Source: Paramecium tetraurelia (Eukaryota). Taken from it: 64,000 nt of DNA. The notes below the pieces were generated by a model that did not search any database, was not told the DNA's origin, and saw only the letters and a program-made list of their open reading frames with translations. Below, piece by piece: positions 59,469 to 64,000 of the stretch. Both the position numbers and the translations under genes were made by a program. Location of the stretch: contig CT868241.1 of the NCBI GenBank assembly GCA_000165425.1, positions 124,001 through 188,000 on the forward strand. The letters run 5' to 3'. Position 1 is the first letter of the stretch. Each line of letters starts with the position of its first letter.

Positions 59469-60610
59469 AAAATTATTTAAGGAAAGAATATAAAAAAATA
59501 AAAATAAATAATCATCTTATTATTCCACATAATTATGTTTTGGACTATTTGATATTTGAATAATTTAAAAACATAATGAAACTTTGAATCATTTTTTTTT
59601 GATTTATCCATATGATATATAATCTGTGAGCTAAATATTTTATAATCCTCTCAAATACTATTTTTAAAGTTCAATTTATGCGAAAAGTAACAATAAAAAC
59701 AAGAACATAACTTATGATAAGAGAAAAAAATAATTTAAATAATCTTCATTTAAAATAAGCTAAGTATTAGTTCTAAATGATCTCTTAGATGTTTTAATCG
59801 GTGTTGAATCTAATAACAATAGTATGTTAATTGATTATCAAATTCCTAGATCTTGATTAAAGTGATTTAAAATATTGATTAAATAATAAATCACTAAAAT
59901 AATTGTTAATTAAAGGCTGATACCAAAATTAATTATGTTAAATTGAATTCTCAATTTTCAATTTAAAATTATATTGTATTATTCCATATATGTAATATAC
60001 ATATATTTTTAATTTTATGAGACTTAATTTTTATAGTTTTTTATCAAAAAGGAAATTTTTTAATTTATCAGAATTCCTTGTTGGAAGAGTTAAAGGTTAA
60101 AAGACATGCTTTTAAGTGGTGTGAAGAATTAATTAATACTATAAATTTATAAATTGTTTTTATTCATAAATAATTCTAGATGAATTTATTACTAAAAAAA
60201 CAGTTATTACATATCTTCTTCTATTTATCTTCCATTTTTAGGTTCAATCAGTTAGTTTAGATTGACAGTCCTTTTTGAATTATAAAATATTTTGCATGTA
60301 GCGCTGATAATATAGTTCTTCATCTTCTGTTCTTGCTAAGAATGAATTCTCTTTTATGAATAATTTTTAAAACAGCTATCATGGAATTTGCTTACTAACT
60401 TTGAGATTGCACATCTGTAACTTTTCTAATTACTAGATCTCTTGCATTGCACATCTCCCATAAATCCAAAAGTATTTATTGAGGTGAGAATCAGAAACGA
60501 GGAAATTAATATTGGAGCTGCTTAATTGATTAATTTATAGTTATGAATAGATATGTAACCAAAGGAAAGACTAATTAAAAAGAGAGTCTATTCAGTTAAT
60601 AATTAAATAA

Positions 60611-61225
60611 TCAGAAAATAGCTAATTTTAAGTTAGCTCTGTTAATTATAATAGTAATCTAAAATTCGTTTGGAGAGAACACTGTTACATTTTCTAAGTA
60701 AACCAAGATATCCTCCTTTTTTTATATTTTCTAAACAGGACTGTAAATTTATGGACTCAGATCATCAATGTCATCGGTGAATAGATCGGATATTATTGAA
60801 GCTTTGCATGAACCACTCTGATCTTTTAGTGTGATTTCAGTTGTATCTCCGAATTCTTCGATGTCATGTATTTCACATATGATTGCATCAATTTTTTGAT
60901 TTCTATATTCTTAAATTTTGGACAGAAAAAATGAGTTCAAGGGATAAGGAAATTTTGATCTTTCTTGGTTGAAATTGCTGATTTGATTGGTATAGTTCAA
61001 GTGTTGTAGCATGAGATTCCAAAGGGATGTTTTGGCTTGATCTTTAGTTGGTTTTAACTTGGGAGTGGAGATGAATTGAATTTATGTTTTGACTTCTATT
61101 GGTTTGAAAGTGGTTTATAATTTTTTGCTGGATGACTTTTCTTTAGGGGGCTCTGGTTTCAAATTCTGTGTAATGAAGGAATCAAAGTTTCCATCATCAT
61201 CATCGTTTGAAAAAAGAAAATTCAT
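60611..61225 (-). CDS. HROB/C17orf53-like OB-fold protein (DUF4539)
   Basis: Intronless 204 aa; ITLKDQSGSCKASI...VYLENVTVFSP..ITIIINRANL resembles the HROB 'KDPTG...VFSP..YLNVT..NL' pattern. Confidence 0.65.
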
Positions 61226-61267
61226 AATTTAATTGATTGATTTATTGTACTGTAATGTAAATAGATT

Positions 61268-62158
61268 TCATTTTTTAGCTTATTAAGCAGCCAAGTCTTC
61301 GTCCATTTATTTGAGTTAAGCACCACCTCTAAGAAGTCCTGATCTTCTGGCAGCCACAAGACCTACCTTTTGACCTGGAGGAGCATATCTGGATAAAGTT
61401 GATGGATGACCAATATGTTATTAATTACCACCACCCTAAATAAGAGTAAACCACAAGAAGTACATGAGGATGATCAACTGGATTCATAGCCACACCTCTG
61501 ACTCTGGGCCACACTTTTCTTAGTCTTCTATATTTATGGAATTGTCTTCCTGCTTTGAGAATAGGTTTTTCAGTTCTTCCACCACCAGATATCAAACCAA
61601 CAGTGGCTCTGCAAAGTGAACTCAATGTTTTTCTTGTACCAGAAGGCAATCTAACTCTGGTTTAAGCTCCATCATCAGAATGACCAATAATAGTAGCATA
61701 ACATCCTGTAGCTCTTCCTAAAGCACCTTTGTCTCCAGGATGCTCTTCCAAATTACAAACCACTGTACCCTCTGGAATTTATCCAATAGGCAAGACATTA
61801 CCAGTGGCTAATTAAGCTACGGGAATTGTTAGAAGCATTTAATATACCCTTTGCACCGCAATAAATATATTATCCTGTGTATGCTCCTTCTGGTGCAATG
61901 AAGAGCTTAGTTTGTTTTTTGTACTTATAAGGATCATTGAATTCAACTTTTGCGAGTGGAGCACCTCTTCCTGGGTCATGAATAATTTCGTTGATCACAC
62001 CTCTTACATAACCATGTCTCTCAGCATAATCAAGGTGCCTATATTAGGGACTTCCAACTCTTTAGTTTTAATGTGCTTTAAAGACACTGTTGGACTTACC
62101 CTTTCTTTATGCTAACAATGATAAACAAATAAAACTCACTTCTTATTCTCTTGCCCAT
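61268..62158 (-). CDS. RPL8: 60S ribosomal protein L8 (uL2)
   Basis: [38 protein letters not shown]; three introns. Confidence 0.97.
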
Positions 62159-62198
62159 ATTTAAAAAGATTTTTTTAAATTTTAATATATACTTTCAA

Positions 62199-63035
62199 TC
62201 ACTTTCCAACTCTTAGTGTCTTCCATAGTCTCTCGTATTTATTAAAATGCAAATTACTCATACTTTCTTAAAATCTTTCTTTACTCAAACTCTGATATTC
62301 AAGTAAATCCACACTATTTCCATACTTTTAGTTTATTTCCTTAATGCTTTCTACTCTTGAGGAAATATCCCTTTTTTCCATTGATTTGACCAACTCGCTC
62401 ATAAAATTCGGTTCTCTTTTACTTCCTTTTTCGTAGGTTGGGATACTTTAAGTCTGTAAATCGAATTGCTCATGTTTCTTTATCATCCTTTCAAGTTTTG
62501 ACTATTTAAATGCTAAATATTTATCTTCTCCTTATTGCATCTCCTAACCTTAAGGCTTCGAGACTTACCAAATACAAAATCATTACGCGTTTTAATTTAT
62601 TGGTTCTATTTCGTTAAGAAGAACCCGTCAGTATATTTGCTTTTCAGATATTGCATTTATCTGAAATCTAAGCATTTAAATGAACGATGAGACTCACTCT
62701 AGAAACTACCTCCAAACTTTGTCTTCCTCTAACCTAACTTCTCCATCTCTTTTTTAATGTACTTCTATCTGTTACTGAATCTATTTGTAAGAAACATGTT
62801 AATCTATTCCTATTTATCCTATCTAGGCTCCAAAAAACTAGAAGTATGGATTTCTTGCTCCTTTTGCCTACTCAAAACATTCTCACTATATTCTAACAAA
62901 TTTTCATAATCATTTTACTCTACCCTTCTTTCTTAGTGTTCCAATTTGTCTGTTCTCCTTAAATCCAAGTATTTGTTTGAGTTACTGTTGCACCTCAATT
63001 CCCCTTTTTGTCACGGTGATTCTTTCGTATTCCAT
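62199..63035 (-). CDS. Hypothetical protein
   Basis: MEYERITVTKRG...; multi-exon; ends NKYERLWKTLRVGK-TGA. Confidence 0.6.
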
Positions 63036-63049
63036 TATTAATAAATTTA

Positions 63050-63794
63050 ATGTTCTCAATGTTTAAAAAGAAAGAGCAGGCCCAATAGTCAACTGCTCCT
63101 CCCCCGCCACCCATCTAATAATAATAGTAAGCTCCATAGCAGCCTCCAGTTGTTCCCCCTCAGCAATCTGCCCCTAAAGGATCAATGTTCAAAGGAAGCC
63201 TTAAAGTAAAGGCACCACCTCCTTAAACATCAGAAATATTATAATAGTAGACGTAGCCCCAAACACAACAGACATAATTAACTTAATCTTAATCCAATTC
63301 AGATATCTTATCCCCAGAGAGTGATGCTTACAAGCAATAATTTAATTAGGTGGAAATACCTACTACATAAGAAGAATCCAATGTTGAGCAAAAAGTAGAA
63401 GTGAAATTAAATGTAGAAGAGGTCAAAAAGAAGCCAACTGGCTTTGGGTTTTTAAAAAAAAAATAGCCTGAACAAGCACTTCCTACAGATGAATCATTAC
63501 AAGAATAGGTGGAAAGCCAGATTACTTATGGAATTTAAGTTAAACAAAATTAGGTGCAAGAAGTCAATCGATAATAGGAGTACACGTAGGAGTAATCCTA
63601 TTAATAAAATTACTCTCCAAAGTAGCCAAAAGAATTGAGTAATAATGAGGATTAAAAAAAACAGATCTATAAGTAAAATGAACATAATGAAAGGGAGATT
63701 GAATAATAATAATAATATCAATAATTATAGTAATACTAACAACAGTAATAATTGTAATTATAATAATAACAATAACAATAATAACAATAATAAC

Positions 63795-63836
<42 letters not shown>

Positions 63837-64000
63837 CATAATAATTCTTATACTAATCCTAAACTAATTCAATTTCACCATTAAAGAGTTCTATCATTAA
63901 TAAAAGTTAGATTATTTAAAATTCGACCAATCCTCAACTTGATAATTCTTATGTAAAACAACATTAAATGATTATGGAAGAATTGGAGTACTTCCAAACC
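63050..64000 (+). CDS. Gln/Pro-rich protein, 5' part (runs off the window)
   Basis: MFSMFKKKEQ..., SMFKGSLKVK, KKPTGFGFLKKK, polyQ tract; no TGA in frame to 64000. Confidence 0.8.
63761..63835 (+). repeat. (TAA/CAA)n trinucleotide repeat encoding 25 Gln
   Basis: 21 TAA plus 4 CAA codons in frame with the surrounding CDS. Confidence 0.9.

Noticed and set aside
63497..63884. Poly-Asn and poly-Ile ORFs in the supplied track
   Set aside because: They are wrong-frame or wrong-strand readings of the TAA-encoded polyQ gene.

Overview
Very AT-rich, gene-dense eukaryotic DNA that reads as a ciliate macronuclear chromosome, most likely Paramecium. TAA/TAG encode Gln, TGA is the only stop, introns are about 20-31 nt GT...AG, and many intergenic gaps are under 50 nt. 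The supplied standard-code ORF track is therefore fragmentary, so I retranslated by hand with the ciliate code; starts and intron boundaries are manual calls. About 40 protein genes can be read. They include a ~2,700-aa Cys-rich membrane protein, a PPP4R4-like protein, a DENN protein, three kinases, KATNAL2, MRT4, DNAAF6, the mRNA capping guanylyltransferase, a p24 protein, a pseudokinase-MORN protein, RPL15/RPS11/RPL8, a RING protein, a divergent UROS, an E2, a giant GBP, an Unkempt-like CCCH protein, a CP-motif TPR protein, a TIP30-like protein, a RhoGEF and an HROB-like protein. There is one tRNA-Arg(UCU), clear decayed pseudogenes of TOP1 and DNAAF1, and several weaker relic regions. I saw no mobile element, CRISPR array, telomeric repeat or clearly retained IES. 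The most unusual observations are an ATGA stop/start overlap, a tandem pair of small C-x13-C-x28-C-x8-C proteins beside a divergent UROS, a tail-anchored TPR protein with three CPF motifs, 14- and 27-nt head-to-head gaps, and Gln in place of the RPL8 hydroxylation-site His.
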